NCBI GenBank assembly: GCA_030622545.1
Contig: JAUXGA010000012.1
Span: 29,140-93,139 of the forward strand
DNA: 64,000 bases
Reading direction: 5' to 3'
DNA from: a bacterium
GTDB taxonomy: Bacteria; Electryoneota; RPQS01; DYHQ01
A program made the position numbers and the translations under genes. The notes under the pieces are model-generated. The model was not told the origin of the DNA and did not search any database. It saw only the letters and a program-made list of their open reading frames with translations. Below are positions 41,759 to 52,700 of this stretch, one piece after another; position 1 is the stretch's first letter; every line of letters starts with the position of its first letter.

Positions 41759-42769
41759 ATGCTCGTTATTATGAACCGCGAGGCAACCGAAGAACAGCTT
41801 CGTAATGCCATCGATGCCATAGAGAAAATGGGACTGAAAGCGCATCCGATTCCGGGTTCGATGCGCACTGCCATCGGCATTACAGGCAACAAAGGACCGC
41901 TGGAACCGGCGCTGTTCGAATCCCTTGACGGCGTCGTGCAGGCGATTCCGGTCTCCAAACCTTACAAGCTCGTTTCACGGGAAACGAAAACCGAAAACAC
42001 CGTCATTGACTTCAGCAGCACGTCCATCGGCGGCAGGGAACTGACGATTATCGCTGGGCCGTGTGCAGTTGAATCCCGCGAGCAAATCTTTTTGGCCGCT
42101 GAAAAAGCGAAAGAAGCGGGAGCGACGATTCTGCGCGGAGGAGCGTTCAAGCCGAGAACGTCGCCTTATGCTTTTCAAGGGCTCGGTGAAGAAGGACTGC
42201 GTCTCCTTGCCGAGGCCGGGAAATCCGTGGGACTTCCGGTTGTCAGCGAAGTTATCGATGCCGAATCAGTGGGCCTCGCCGAGAAATACGTGGACATCAT
42301 GCAAATCGGCGCGCGCAATATGCAGAACTTTGTTCTGCTCAAGCGAGTCGGCAAAGTCAAACAGGCGGTCATGCTTAAGCGTGGGATGTCTGCGACGCTC
42401 GAAGAATTTCTTATGTCGGCTGAGTATATTCTTTCCGAAGGAAACTATCGCGTTTTTCTCTGCGAGCGAGGCGTGCGGACATTCACGGATTTCACGCGCA
42501 ACACGCTCGACATCAGCATCATTCCGGCGGTGAAACGTTTATCGCATTTGCCTATTATCACCGACCCGTCGCATGGAACCGGTCGGCGCGAGAAGGTGCT
42601 GCCGATGGCGAGAGCGTCAATTGCCGCGGGAGCCGACGGGGTGATGGTCGAAATGCATCCCGAGCCGGAAAAGGCGCTTTCGGATGGTTTTCAATCGCTC
42701 TATCCGCGGCAGTTGGTAACGCTGTGCGAAGAGCTCCACCGAATCGCTCCAATCATCGGTCGCGTATAA
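41759..42769 (+). CDS. aroF: DAHP synthase type I-beta with N-terminal ACT-like domain (copy 2)
   Basis: Same motifs; likely start ATG 41759 after GGAGG. Confidence 0.93.
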   Translation: MLVIMNREATEEQLRNAIDAIEKMGLKAHPIPGSMRTAIGITGNKGPLEPALFESLDGVVQAIPVSKPYKLVSRETKTENTVIDFSSTSIGGRELTIIAGPCAVESREQIFLAAEKAKEAGATILRGGAFKPRTSPYAFQGLGEEGLRLLAEAGKSVGLPVVSEVIDAESVGLAEKYVDIMQIGARNMQNFVLLKRVGKVKQAVMLKRGMSATLEEFLMSAEYILSEGNYRVFLCERGVRTFTDFTRNTLDISIIPAVKRLSHLPIITDPSHGTGRREKVLPMARASIAAGADGVMVEMHPEPEKALSDGFQSLYPRQLVTLCEELHRIAPIIGRV

Positions 42770-42785
42770 AATATTTGAGAGGGAA

Positions 42786-43640
42786 ATGTCCCGACCCGTC
42801 AGCCAAATTTCCATCGTCGGTCTTGGAATCATCGGTGGTTCGATTGCCAAAGCGGCGCGTAAATATCATCCGGACGTGGTGATTGTCGCGTGGGATAAAA
42901 ATCCGGCATTTCGTCGGGCTGCGCTGAAAAAAAAGATTGTTAACCGGTCGATGCGTCCGCCAGAAGTATTCGACGGGAGTGATATAATTTTCATCTGTGT
43001 TCCTCCGGGAGAAATTTCTTCTTACATGGAACAAGCTGCGCAGCGAGCGCCTCAAACGATTATCACTGATGTCGGCAGTGTGAAAAATAAACTCGCAAAA
43101 CAATTCGGGAATTCGCGGTATGGCAACCTCGTCTTGGGGCATCCGATGGCGGGTAGGCAGACATCCGGCTGGGCAGCATCGGACGCGGATCTTTTTCAAG
43201 GGAACACATGGGTGATTTGTCCTCGACCGGTGAATTCATCACGCGTCATGGCGAAGCTGAAAACCTTCGTGCGCAAACTTGGCGCGCAGCCTGTTGAAAT
43301 GACAGCGCGCGAACACGACCGGCGCGTTGCCGTTTGCAGCCACCTGCCGCAGCTTTTGGCAACAGCGCTCTCTGAGTTTGCCGCGTCTGAAAAGAGCAAA
43401 GATTCTCTTTTACTTCAAGCCGCCGGTCAGGCATTCAAAGATATGACACGTCTTGCAGAGAGTCCTTTCGCGTTATGGCAGGATATTTTTTCGGCGAATG
43501 AAAAGGAAATAGAAAAGGCGTTGGATTGGTTTTTGAAAATTCTTCTTCGCTATCGCAAGAATATCGGAAAACAAACGATGGAGAAATCTTTCAAGAAGGC
43601 GGCTGAACTAAAACGCGAGCTGAAGGATTCAAAGCGATGA
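42786..43640 (+). CDS. tyrA: Prephenate dehydrogenase
   Basis: IVGLGIIGGS, TDVGSVK, GHPMAG, EHD...SHLP, DMTRLA. Confidence 0.92.
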   Translation: MSRPVSQISIVGLGIIGGSIAKAARKYHPDVVIVAWDKNPAFRRAALKKKIVNRSMRPPEVFDGSDIIFICVPPGEISSYMEQAAQRAPQTIITDVGSVKNKLAKQFGNSRYGNLVLGHPMAGRQTSGWAASDADLFQGNTWVICPRPVNSSRVMAKLKTFVRKLGAQPVEMTAREHDRRVAVCSHLPQLLATALSEFAASEKSKDSLLLQAAGQAFKDMTRLAESPFALWQDIFSANEKEIEKALDWFLKILLRYRKNIGKQTMEKSFKKAAELKRELKDSKR

Positions 43641-44944
43641 CGGTTGCGCATATCAAGCGAATAGACGCTCCTTTGCACGGGGTGATAAAAATCCCCGGTG
43701 ACAAATCTGTTTCGCACCGGCGAGCGCTCCTTTCTCTATTATGTCGCGAACCGGTGCATCTTGAAAATTTCGGCCCTGGGAAAGATTGTCAAGCGACTCT
43801 CGACTGTATCGAACGCCTCGGCAAAACCGTGAAAGTGTCTGGCGCCGACGTGACGATTTCCGGAGAGATGAGCGTTCGCGAAGCCGAGTTTGATGCGGCA
43901 AACTCCGGTACAACAGCGCGCCTTGCGATGGGTCTTTTAGCGGGAATGCCGGGAAAGTGGACGATACGAGGAGATACTTCGCTCTCGAAGCGACCAATGG
44001 AGCGCGTGGCGGCGCCGCTGCGTGAAATGGGCGCGCTAATCGAATTGACAGATGGCAAACTCCCCGCGCGCATCATGGGCGGAAGATTGAAAAGCATTCG
44101 CTACGAACTTCCTGTCCCCAGCGCTCAGGTCAAGACGGCGATTATGCTTGCGGCGCTTCATGCGGATGGTGTTACAGAAATCCGAGAGCCGATTGTCACG
44201 CGGGATCATACCGAGCGCATTCTTGGCTTGCGCCCCGCGCGAGAGAATGACGCGAATCTCTGGCGGCTGGATCCGTCTGAGGTGCGGATAAATGGAGATG
44301 TTTTATCTGCCCCGGTTCCCGGTGATATTTCCAGCGGCACTTTCTGGATGGTTGCGGCGGCGCTTGTTCAGGGCAGCCAAGTGACGTTAAAAATGGTTAG
44401 CTTGAATCCAACACGCACGGGTATTATAGAAGTGCTTCAGAAAGCGGGGTTGCAAATCTCCACTCAGAATTTGCGCGAGTCCGCCGGAGAACCCGTCGGC
44501 GATATAACCATCACTCGCGATGGGTCACTTCATGAGTTTTCACTTGCAGGAAAAGACACAGCCGCTGTCATAGACGAAATACCCGCTTTAGCGGTCATGG
44601 CGACACAGTGCAAAGGGCAGACTATTGTATCGGACGCAGGGGAATTGCGCGTCAAAGAGTCGGACAGACTAGCGGCGATTATTCAGAATCTGCGCAAGAT
44701 GGGCGTGAATATTCTCGACACCGAAAGCGGATTTTCCTTGAACGGTCCACAGCAGCTTTCCGGTGCGACGATAAATCCCGCCGCGGATCACCGCATTGCG
44801 ATGGCTTTCGCGTTGGCGGGACTGATAGCGGATGGAGAAACAAAAATTCTGCAGGCAGAGTGCGCCGATATTTCTTACCCGCAATTCTGGCAGGAGTTGA
44901 TTCAGATTTCCGGAAGAGTAGTCCAGTTGAGAGAGGAGCAGTAA
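43637..44944 (+). CDS. aroA: EPSP synthase
   Basis: PGDKSVSHR, NSGTTARL, SAQVK, RDHTER, RVKESDR, DHRIAM. Confidence 0.95.
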   Translation: MTVAHIKRIDAPLHGVIKIPGDKSVSHRRALLSLLCREPVHLENFGPGKDCQATLDCIERLGKTVKVSGADVTISGEMSVREAEFDAANSGTTARLAMGLLAGMPGKWTIRGDTSLSKRPMERVAAPLREMGALIELTDGKLPARIMGGRLKSIRYELPVPSAQVKTAIMLAALHADGVTEIREPIVTRDHTERILGLRPARENDANLWRLDPSEVRINGDVLSAPVPGDISSGTFWMVAAALVQGSQVTLKMVSLNPTRTGIIEVLQKAGLQISTQNLRESAGEPVGDITITRDGSLHEFSLAGKDTAAVIDEIPALAVMATQCKGQTIVSDAGELRVKESDRLAAIIQNLRKMGVNILDTESGFSLNGPQQLSGATINPAADHRIAMAFALAGLIADGETKILQAECADISYPQFWQELIQISGRVVQLREEQ

Positions 44945-44947
44945 ACG

Positions 44948-45787
44948 ATGTTGAAGTTAGGTATTTTGGGACACGGAATTTCTTATTCGCTTTCGCCGTT
45001 CATCCATAAAGAAGCGATGAAAATCCTCGGCATTTCCGGAAGCTATGAAATTTTCGACCGCGATGAAACACAAGTCGAGAGTTTCCTTTCTCATTGTGCC
45101 GACTCGGGGTTGCGTGGCTTGAACATCACGACTCCCTATAAAGAAGTTGCACGGAAGTATTGCACCGAAGTTTCCGACGCCGCAGCTCGCACGGGAGTTG
45201 TCAATACACTTTCCTTTGCGAATGGAGCGGTTCGCGGTGACAATACAGATGTGTACGGTTTCGAAAAAGCGCTGGAGGAACTCGCGGGAAATCAGGCATT
45301 GCCTTGCGCAGTTGTTTTAGGAAATGGAGGAGTGGCGCGAGCTGTTCTTGATTCTTTATCTTCATTGCCGACAGTTCGCGAGATACTCGTCGTTGCCAGG
45401 CGGCAGGAATCCGCGCGCAGGCAATTAGCGAGTTTTGTCAGTGGAAACAACTTTACAATCTATTCCTTCGCGGATCCTCGATTGGCAACGACTATCGCGC
45501 GCGCGTCTCTTATCGTCAATTGCACCACCGTCGGTTCCGCGGTGAATCCGGGAATGGCGCTTCCTTGGAGTGAGCATCTTTCCGCTGCGACGAAAGTTAT
45601 GGATTTAATCTACGCTCCAGCGAAAACGGAATTTCTGTCGGCGGCGGAAATCGCAGGCTGCGCATGGCAAAACGGTTTGGAAATGCTGCTTCATCAAGCG
45701 GCGGCCAGTTTCAACATCTGGACGGAAAAAGCGTTTCCGATTCGCGATGTGAGAGCGGCGCTTCAAAAGGAGGTGGCTTCTTCATGA
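44948..45787 (+). CDS. aroE: Shikimate dehydrogenase
   Basis: SLSPFIH, NITTPYK, VNT, NTDVYGF, NGLEMLLHQA. Confidence 0.93.
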   Translation: MLKLGILGHGISYSLSPFIHKEAMKILGISGSYEIFDRDETQVESFLSHCADSGLRGLNITTPYKEVARKYCTEVSDAAARTGVVNTLSFANGAVRGDNTDVYGFEKALEELAGNQALPCAVVLGNGGVARAVLDSLSSLPTVREILVVARRQESARRQLASFVSGNNFTIYSFADPRLATTIARASLIVNCTTVGSAVNPGMALPWSEHLSAATKVMDLIYAPAKTEFLSAAEIAGCAWQNGLEMLLHQAAASFNIWTEKAFPIRDVRAALQKEVASS

Positions 45788-46953
45788 TTCGCTATTTGAC
45801 CGCGGGAGAGAGTCACGGACAATGTCTCGTAGGGATCTTGGAAGGAATTCCAGCGGGACTTCCTCTGACAGTGGATGAAATTGACAAAGATTTGCGGCGA
45901 CGACAAATGGGCTATGGCCGCGGCGACCGCATGAAAATCGAACAGGATCATGTACAAATTCTCACGGGAGTCCGTTACGGAGAAACGCTCGGCAGTCCGA
46001 TTGCTCTTCGGATTGAAAATCGTGACTGGAAAAATTGGACAGAACAAATGTCTGTCGAACCTATGGAAAAGAGCGTTCGAACCGAACCACTGACATCTCC
46101 GCGCCCCGGCCATGCGGATTTCGCAGGCGCGATTAAGTATCATCATAAAGATATCCGAAACGTAATCGAACGCTCGTCAGCGCGCGAAACAGCGATGCGT
46201 GTGGCGATAGGTGCGATTTGCCGGTTTTTCCTTCGGCAATTCGGAATTGAAGTTGGCAGTCATGTTGTTCAAATTGGTTCGGAGTCTGCCTACGATATTG
46301 CGCTTCCCAAAAATGCTGAGGAAATCAATCGTAAGGCAGACACGAATCCGTTGCGATGTTTGGATGAATCAGCTAGCCGCAAAATGATGAAGGTGATTGA
46401 CCAAGCGAAAGAAAAAGGAGACACCATCGGCGGCGCGTTTGAAGTAGTGGTGACGGGTATGCCGGTCGGAATTGGCAGCTATGTTCACGCGGACAGGCGA
46501 TTGGATGGTATCTTGGCTGGTGCGCTGCTTTCCATTCCTGCGATAAAAGCTGCGGGAATCGGGATGGGTGAAGATGTTGCAAAATATCCGGGCAGTGAGG
46601 TTCACGACCGCATCTTTCCTGCAACAGGTGACATCGGTATCAAACGAAAAACAAACAACGCGGGAGGGATTGAAGGGGGAATGACCAACGGCGAACCCGT
46701 GCGAGTGCGTGCGGTGATGAAGCCCTTGGCGTCACTCGCGCAGCCACTCGATTCGGTGAACATGGCGACCGGCGAACCTGTTATGGCACTGCGCGAGCGC
46801 AGCGATGTTTGCGCTGTAGTAGCAGCGGCGGTTGTTGCTGAAGCGGTTGTGATGCTGGCGCTGATGAATCCATTCTTGGAAAAATTCGGCGGTGATTCAC
46901 TCGAAGAAATTCGCGCGCATATTCAAGCCACGCCACCTTTGCCATGGAAATGA
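45784..46953 (+). CDS. aroC: Chorismate synthase
   Basis: MIRYLTAGESHG, PRPGHAD, ERSSARET, GGIEGGMTNG, ERSDVC. Confidence 0.96.
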   Translation: MIRYLTAGESHGQCLVGILEGIPAGLPLTVDEIDKDLRRRQMGYGRGDRMKIEQDHVQILTGVRYGETLGSPIALRIENRDWKNWTEQMSVEPMEKSVRTEPLTSPRPGHADFAGAIKYHHKDIRNVIERSSARETAMRVAIGAICRFFLRQFGIEVGSHVVQIGSESAYDIALPKNAEEINRKADTNPLRCLDESASRKMMKVIDQAKEKGDTIGGAFEVVVTGMPVGIGSYVHADRRLDGILAGALLSIPAIKAAGIGMGEDVAKYPGSEVHDRIFPATGDIGIKRKTNNAGGIEGGMTNGEPVRVRAVMKPLASLAQPLDSVNMATGEPVMALRERSDVCAVVAAAVVAEAVVMLALMNPFLEKFGGDSLEEIRAHIQATPPLPWK

Positions 46954-47465
46954 TTTATTTAGCGGGCATGATGGGGGCGGGGAAATCAACGGTGGGGAAA
47001 GTTCTGGCGCGGAAACTTGAGGTTCGCTTTGTTGACCTCGACCGAACCATCGAGAACACGACGTCGATGAGTATTTCCGGTATTTTTACAAAAAAGGGCG
47101 AAGCTTATTTTCGGGAGATTGAGTCGAAGGCGCTGAGAGAAACCGTCAGTTCCTACTCGTCTGTGGTTGCATTGGGCGGCGGCTTACTAAGTCGAACTGA
47201 GAATTTGAAATTGATTAAAGAGACAGGTCGCTCGCTTTATCTGAGAGCGCCCGTGGATTTTCTTGTCGAGAATTTGCAGGAGCGGAGTGAGCGTCCCCTA
47301 ATCGCAGAAGAACAGACAGAAGAAACCTTGAAAACGAAGTTAGAAGCCCTGTTGCAAAAACGCCGAGAGAGCTACGAAGCTTGTGACTTCATCCTTGACG
47401 TTAATAGCACAATGAGTGCAGATGATATTGCTAATCGTATTGTCGAACTTCTAAGAGCAAAATAA
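46944..47465 (+). CDS. aroK: Shikimate kinase
   Basis: GMMGAGKSTVG, GEAYFREIE, ALGGG, RPL. Confidence 0.94.
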   Translation: MEMIYLAGMMGAGKSTVGKVLARKLEVRFVDLDRTIENTTSMSISGIFTKKGEAYFREIESKALRETVSSYSSVVALGGGLLSRTENLKLIKETGRSLYLRAPVDFLVENLQERSERPLIAEEQTEETLKTKLEALLQKRRESYEACDFILDVNSTMSADDIANRIVELLRAK

Positions 47466-47471
47466 ATTCTG

Positions 47472-49028
47472 ATGATTCCACCCGAACTTCAACTTGCGCT
47501 TCCCGAGCGCACCATTCCGATCTGGGTTCAGGACGGAGCCTTGTCGCGTCTTGGGACGATGGTGCGCAGTGTCTTGAGCGAAAAGGAAACGCCGCGCATT
47601 ACCATCTTAACAGATGAAAACGTCGCGGCGCTCTACCTGGACGAAGCGATAAATTCGCTGAAGGATTTCCATACGCGCGCGATTGTGTTTCCTCCGGGTG
47701 AAGGAGAAAAACAATTTGCGCGACTGCGAACTATCTTGGACGAGCTCATCAGCGAAGGTTTTCAGCGCAGTGATTTGCTCGTCGGTTTGGGGGGCGGAGT
47801 CGTCACGGACATCTGCGGTTTCGCGGCGTCGATTCTTTATCGCGGAGTGCGATGGGTGGCAGTGCCTACAACACTTTTAGGAATGAGCGATGCTGCTATC
47901 GGCGGCAAGACCGGCATTGATCATGCACTCGGAAAAAATCTCATCGGTACGTTTCACCAGCCGCAGGCTATCATCGCTGACCTTGACATGCTGAAGACGC
48001 TCCCGGAGCGCGAATGGCGTTCGGGCTCTGCTGAAGTCGCGAAAACTGCTCTTTTATCTACGCCGGAGTTGTGGCAAGAAATTCAAAAAATTAGTCCTGA
48101 TTTTTCGAATTGGCCGCAAGAGGAATTGCAATCAGCGATTCGTGTGGCGATGCGAGGGAAAATAGATATTGTCGAGGCGGATGAACGCGAACAGAACCAG
48201 CGCAGGCTTTTAAATCTCGGACATACCTTCGGGCACGCGATTGAAGTTGCCACAAATTATCAAGCCTTTCGCCACGGCGAAGCGGTTTTTCTTGGACTGC
48301 GAGCCATGCTTCATCTGTCCGTGCGTGCGGTGGGATTACCTTCTGAAGAAGCTCATGCGATTGATGCGGTATTGGCGAAGGTTCCGCACCCGGCAGCCGA
48401 AATCTCGATTGACCAGATTCTCTCGGCGCTTGAACACGACAAGAAAAAGGCGCATGGCAAACTCCACTGGATTTTGCTCAAAGCCGTTGAGCAGCCGGTG
48501 ATTGTGGATGATGTGAAGGACGAGTGGGTGCGCGAAGCCGCAGAGGAACTTGTCGGCTATTTAAAGGAAGGAGATGCCGCGCCGTTTGGAAACAGGCTGA
48601 GTCGTGTGCTTGTTCTTAACGGGCCGAATCTGAATCTTTTAGGCGAGCGCGAACCAGAGGTTTATGGCAGTCAGACATTGCAGGAGCTTGAAGAAAAAAT
48701 TCGGAGAAGAGCGGAACAAATCGACGTCGAAATTCTTTGTCGTCAGTCGAATCACGAAGGGGAATTAATCGACCTTCTCCAACGTTTTCGTCATTGGGCA
48801 GATGGAATTATTTTCAATCCGGGAGCGTTTACCCATACCAGTATCGCTCTTCGCGACGCCATCGCCGCGATTGACACACCAGTCATCGAGGTTCATCTTT
48901 CGGATATTTCGAAGCGCGAAGATTTTCGGCGGCAGTCTGTGCTTTCGCCGGTTTGCGTGCGCCAGATTTCCGGCAAAGGCATAAGCGGTTATTTCGAAGC
49001 GCTTGAATTTCTCGCCGAGCAGAAATAA
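47472..49028 (+). CDS. aroB: 3-dehydroquinate synthase fused to type II 3-dehydroquinate dehydratase (AroB-AroQ)
   Basis: GGGVVTD, PTTLL..DAAIGGKTG, LNLGHTFGHA; then LNGPNLNLLGEREPEVYG, QSNHEG, NPGAFTHTS, EVHLS. Confidence 0.93.
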   Translation: MIPPELQLALPERTIPIWVQDGALSRLGTMVRSVLSEKETPRITILTDENVAALYLDEAINSLKDFHTRAIVFPPGEGEKQFARLRTILDELISEGFQRSDLLVGLGGGVVTDICGFAASILYRGVRWVAVPTTLLGMSDAAIGGKTGIDHALGKNLIGTFHQPQAIIADLDMLKTLPEREWRSGSAEVAKTALLSTPELWQEIQKISPDFSNWPQEELQSAIRVAMRGKIDIVEADEREQNQRRLLNLGHTFGHAIEVATNYQAFRHGEAVFLGLRAMLHLSVRAVGLPSEEAHAIDAVLAKVPHPAAEISIDQILSALEHDKKKAHGKLHWILLKAVEQPVIVDDVKDEWVREAAEELVGYLKEGDAAPFGNRLSRVLVLNGPNLNLLGEREPEVYGSQTLQELEEKIRRRAEQIDVEILCRQSNHEGELIDLLQRFRHWADGIIFNPGAFTHTSIALRDAIAAIDTPVIEVHLSDISKREDFRRQSVLSPVCVRQISGKGISGYFEALEFLAEQK

Positions 49029-49329
49029 AGAGTCACTGTTTTTTCCGCATTGGGCTATGCGCTCCTGTGTGCGGCAAATGCGTAACGTGCGAGCGCCCAA
49101 CCTCGTGAACCTAAAATATTAGAAAAGAATTCGTTAATCCTCTTTGACTGTGACTATTTCTTCGCGCTCCAATCCAGGTTCAGCGTGATGTGTGTCACTA
49201 ATTTCGAATTGAGGCACCTGTACGCTAACTTGGTCAGGGAGGTCTCGATGACATTTGTTTCTCCTGTCTGGAGAACATCCGCAATTCGTTGAACGTCAAT
49301 CTTGCTTTCGGCAGATTCTGTAGGATATT

Positions 49330-49704
49330 CTAATCGCAAACATCCAGCAGTTCGTGTATCGCTTGCTTCATTTCATCATGACTAAAAGGCTTTTCAAACG
49401 TTCGCTGTGCACCAAAGGCTTTAGCTATTGAAAGATAGCTTCTCGGACCAATGCGCCCTCCCCCGGATATGGCAATGATTTTCACGTCGGGGAACTCATG
49501 CCGCAGCTCTTTAATTGTCTCGAGGCCCTCCTTCTCCGGCATAATAATGTCCGTTATGACAACATCGATTGGCTGTTCTCGGAGAGTCTTCAACGCTATT
49601 CTGCCGTCAGAACCTTGCTCCACCTCATAACCCGCGCGTTTCAGCATTTCCCCGAGCATGGACCTGACTTCGGGATCATCATCAATAATAAGTATGCGCG
49701 CCAT
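49330..49704 (-). CDS. Single-domain response regulator (CheY-like)
   Basis: ILIIDDD, TDIIMPEKEG, AISGGG, KPF. Confidence 0.93.
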   Translation of the reverse strand: MARILIIDDDPEVRSMLGEMLKRAGYEVEQGSDGRIALKTLREQPIDVVITDIIMPEKEGLETIKELRHEFPDVKIIAISGGGRIGPRSYLSIAKAFGAQRTFEKPFSHDEMKQAIHELLDVCD

Positions 49705-49709
49705 CGTTC

Positions 49710-52700
49710 TTAGTCTCCTTTCTTGTCCTCATCCAATACCTGACGGATAGCCGTACCAAGTTCAGCCATCATGACAGGCTTCAGAATGTAGTCACGAATC
49801 CCCAATTGTTTTGCTTTCTCAGAGGTGACAATCTCACTGAACCCCGTAATGAGAATAACCGGCATGTCCGGACGGATATGCATTACTTCGGTTGCAAACT
49901 CGACGCCCGTCATATTCGGCATCGTCTGATCCGTAACAACAAGATCAAACCGGTCCGGCTGAGCCCGAAACGCTTCCAAAGCTTCAACGCTGCTGGTTCG
50001 AACCGTCACATTGTAGCCCAGATTCCTCAATGTCCTTTGTCCCAAATCAGCCAACACCTCTTCGTCATCGACGAATAGAATGTTTTCGCTGCCTCGGGGA
50101 ATCATCTCTGCGTCTGATACTTTCTCTGCTGTCTCGACTTTTAGCTTCGGGAGATAAACCTTGAATGTAGAACCTTTCCCCAGTTCACTCGTGACCACTA
50201 TCGCACCGTTATAACTCCTCACGATTCCGTGAGTCGTCGAAAGTCCCATCCCCGTTCCTTCACCGACGGGTTTCGTTGTGTAGAAGGGTTCGAACATCCG
50301 TTCCAATGTGACCGAATCCATGCCGTGACCCGTATCGCTGACCGTCAGTACGACATAGGGGCCTTTGCTTAGATTCGGATTCGCCCGCACCTGCTTGGCA
50401 TCCACGTCAACGGCGTCGAGACGTACCTTGAGCACGCCGCCTGTCTCACGCATCGCATAGTGCGCATTGGCGCATAGATTCATCAAGATCTGGTGGATCT
50501 GAGTAGGATCCCCCATCACGGCACCGCAATTCGGATTGATATCCTCCTGGATTTCGATGGTTGCTGGCAGGGAAGCCCGCAGCAGCTTGAGCACCTCTTT
50601 AACAACCGGGTGAATCTGGATTGGTTGTGATTCATGTTCCGTCTGGCGGCTGAAGGCAAGGATCTGTTTCACCAAATCTTTCGCTCGATCCCCGGCTTTT
50701 AATACCGCTTCCAGATCACTATGCACTCTGTTGTTCTCTGGAACTTCTCGTTGGGCCATATCAGCGTACCCAAGCATCGCCGCGAGGATGTTATTGAAGT
50801 CATGCGCGATGCCCCCCGACAGCGTCCCAATCGCTTCCATCTTCTGCGCCTGGCGAAGCTGAATTTCTAACCGTTCCTTTTCCTCCTCCGCCTGCTTGCG
50901 CTCGGTGATGTCTCGGAATATGCCGCGTGTGGCAATGAATTCACCGTCTTCTAAATGAAGGTTGATTTTTCCCTCGACAAAGATTTCGCTGCCATCTTTT
51001 GACATGAACACCGTTTCAACACTGTCGACGGCTTCCCCCCGGCATACTCTTTGAAAAATCTCCATGCAGTGCGAGACATGGTTTGGGTGAAGGATGTCAA
51101 TAAATGTCAGTTTGCGGATTTCCTCTTCCGAGTATCCGAGAACCTTCCTCCACTGCCGATTCACGTAAACAAACTTTCCACTGTCATCCACGCTTTGAAT
51201 CAAGTCATTGGCGCTCTCGAACAAATCCCGATAGCGCCACTCGCTCTCCCGAAGCGCCTTTTCCGCCTGCTTGCGCTCGGTGATGTCTCTTTGAACCGTC
51301 ATATGCGCAACTACATTCCCGTCATCATCCACCACTCTCGATGATGAGACTGCTATGGGAAACTGCTTACCATCTTTTCTCTTGCCAATCAGCTCGCCCT
51401 TCCAATGGCCTTTCATCGTTTCCGCTAATGCGTTTTTTAGCACTGGCAGCTGATTCTCCAAATAAATAGAGGAAATCTCCTTTCCAATCATCTCTTCTTC
51501 TGAATAGCCAAACATTCCGGCAAATGCGTCATTCACGTAGGTAATCCTACCCTCAAGATCGCCTATAGCGATGCCGTCAACTGAACTATCCGTAGAATGC
51601 GAGAATAACCTCAGCGCCTCTTCCGCCTGCTTGCTCTCGGTGATATCTTGGTTCACGTCATAGGTCTTAATCGTCCGGCCCTCACTGTTCTTCACGATCT
51701 GAAAGCGCACTATAATGTGTCCGGTCTCCCCGTCGGCATAGACTATTCGATGTTCGAGTTGTCGGCTATAATTGGGATCCGTGGCTTCGATAGCCTTCCG
51801 AACTTCATCGGCGACCATCGGCCTATCTTCGGGATGCACAAACAGTTCGGCATAGCGCGCAGACGGCATGGTGTAGCCGCCCACTTCTTCAGCCGTCGTT
51901 CGAAACAGTGTGTAAAATTCATCATTGAAAGTGAACAAGTCCTTGGCGATATCGTATTCCCAATTCCCCAACTTGGCTATCCGTAACGCGTTCAACAGAT
52001 GTACATTGCTCCTGCGAAGTACCTCTTCGGTCCGCTTGCGTTCGGTGATGTCGACAGAATATTCGATCACCTGCGTGAAATTACCGTCTTCATCAAATAT
52101 CGGGAAGGCGTGAACTTCCATATTCCGGGGATTGCCATCCTTATCGAAGTGAACATGTTCAACCGTTACCGGCTGTTTCGTCTTTTTGATCATTTCAAGC
52201 GGGCATGGATCATCACCTCCGGCACACGGTTTAGAACGCCCATGAGTCAGCGCATAGCAAGTTGAAAGCTCTTTCGATGGATCTGCACATGAAGCTTTAT
52301 TTGCCAGTTTAACCGTGTAATCGTTGACATCAATGACGATGAAAGAATGCGTGAGAGCATCAAGAGATGTCTGGAGAAACTCCTTTTGCTCGCGTATTTG
52401 CGCCTCGACCTGCTTGCGTTCGGTAATATCGCGTGCAACTCCCACGGCATGCCATCTACCTTTAATCTGAATACTGGACAGAGAGATTTCTATTGGAAAT
52501 TTCGTTCCATCCTTTCGAATCGCTTCTAATTCAAGTGTCTTTCCTAAAACAGTACCAAGTCCGGTTCTCTGAAATGCACCAAATCCGGCTCGGAAAGCTT
52601 CATGATATTTCTCGGGAGCTAACAACGAATGCATATCCTTGTCAAGCGCTTCTTCACTCGTAAAGCCAAACACTCTTTCCGATGCGATATTCCAATAAGA

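Noticed and set aside
49154..49339. 61-aa minus-strand ORF after the response regulator
   Set aside because: No motif or clear RBS; cannot be supported as a gene
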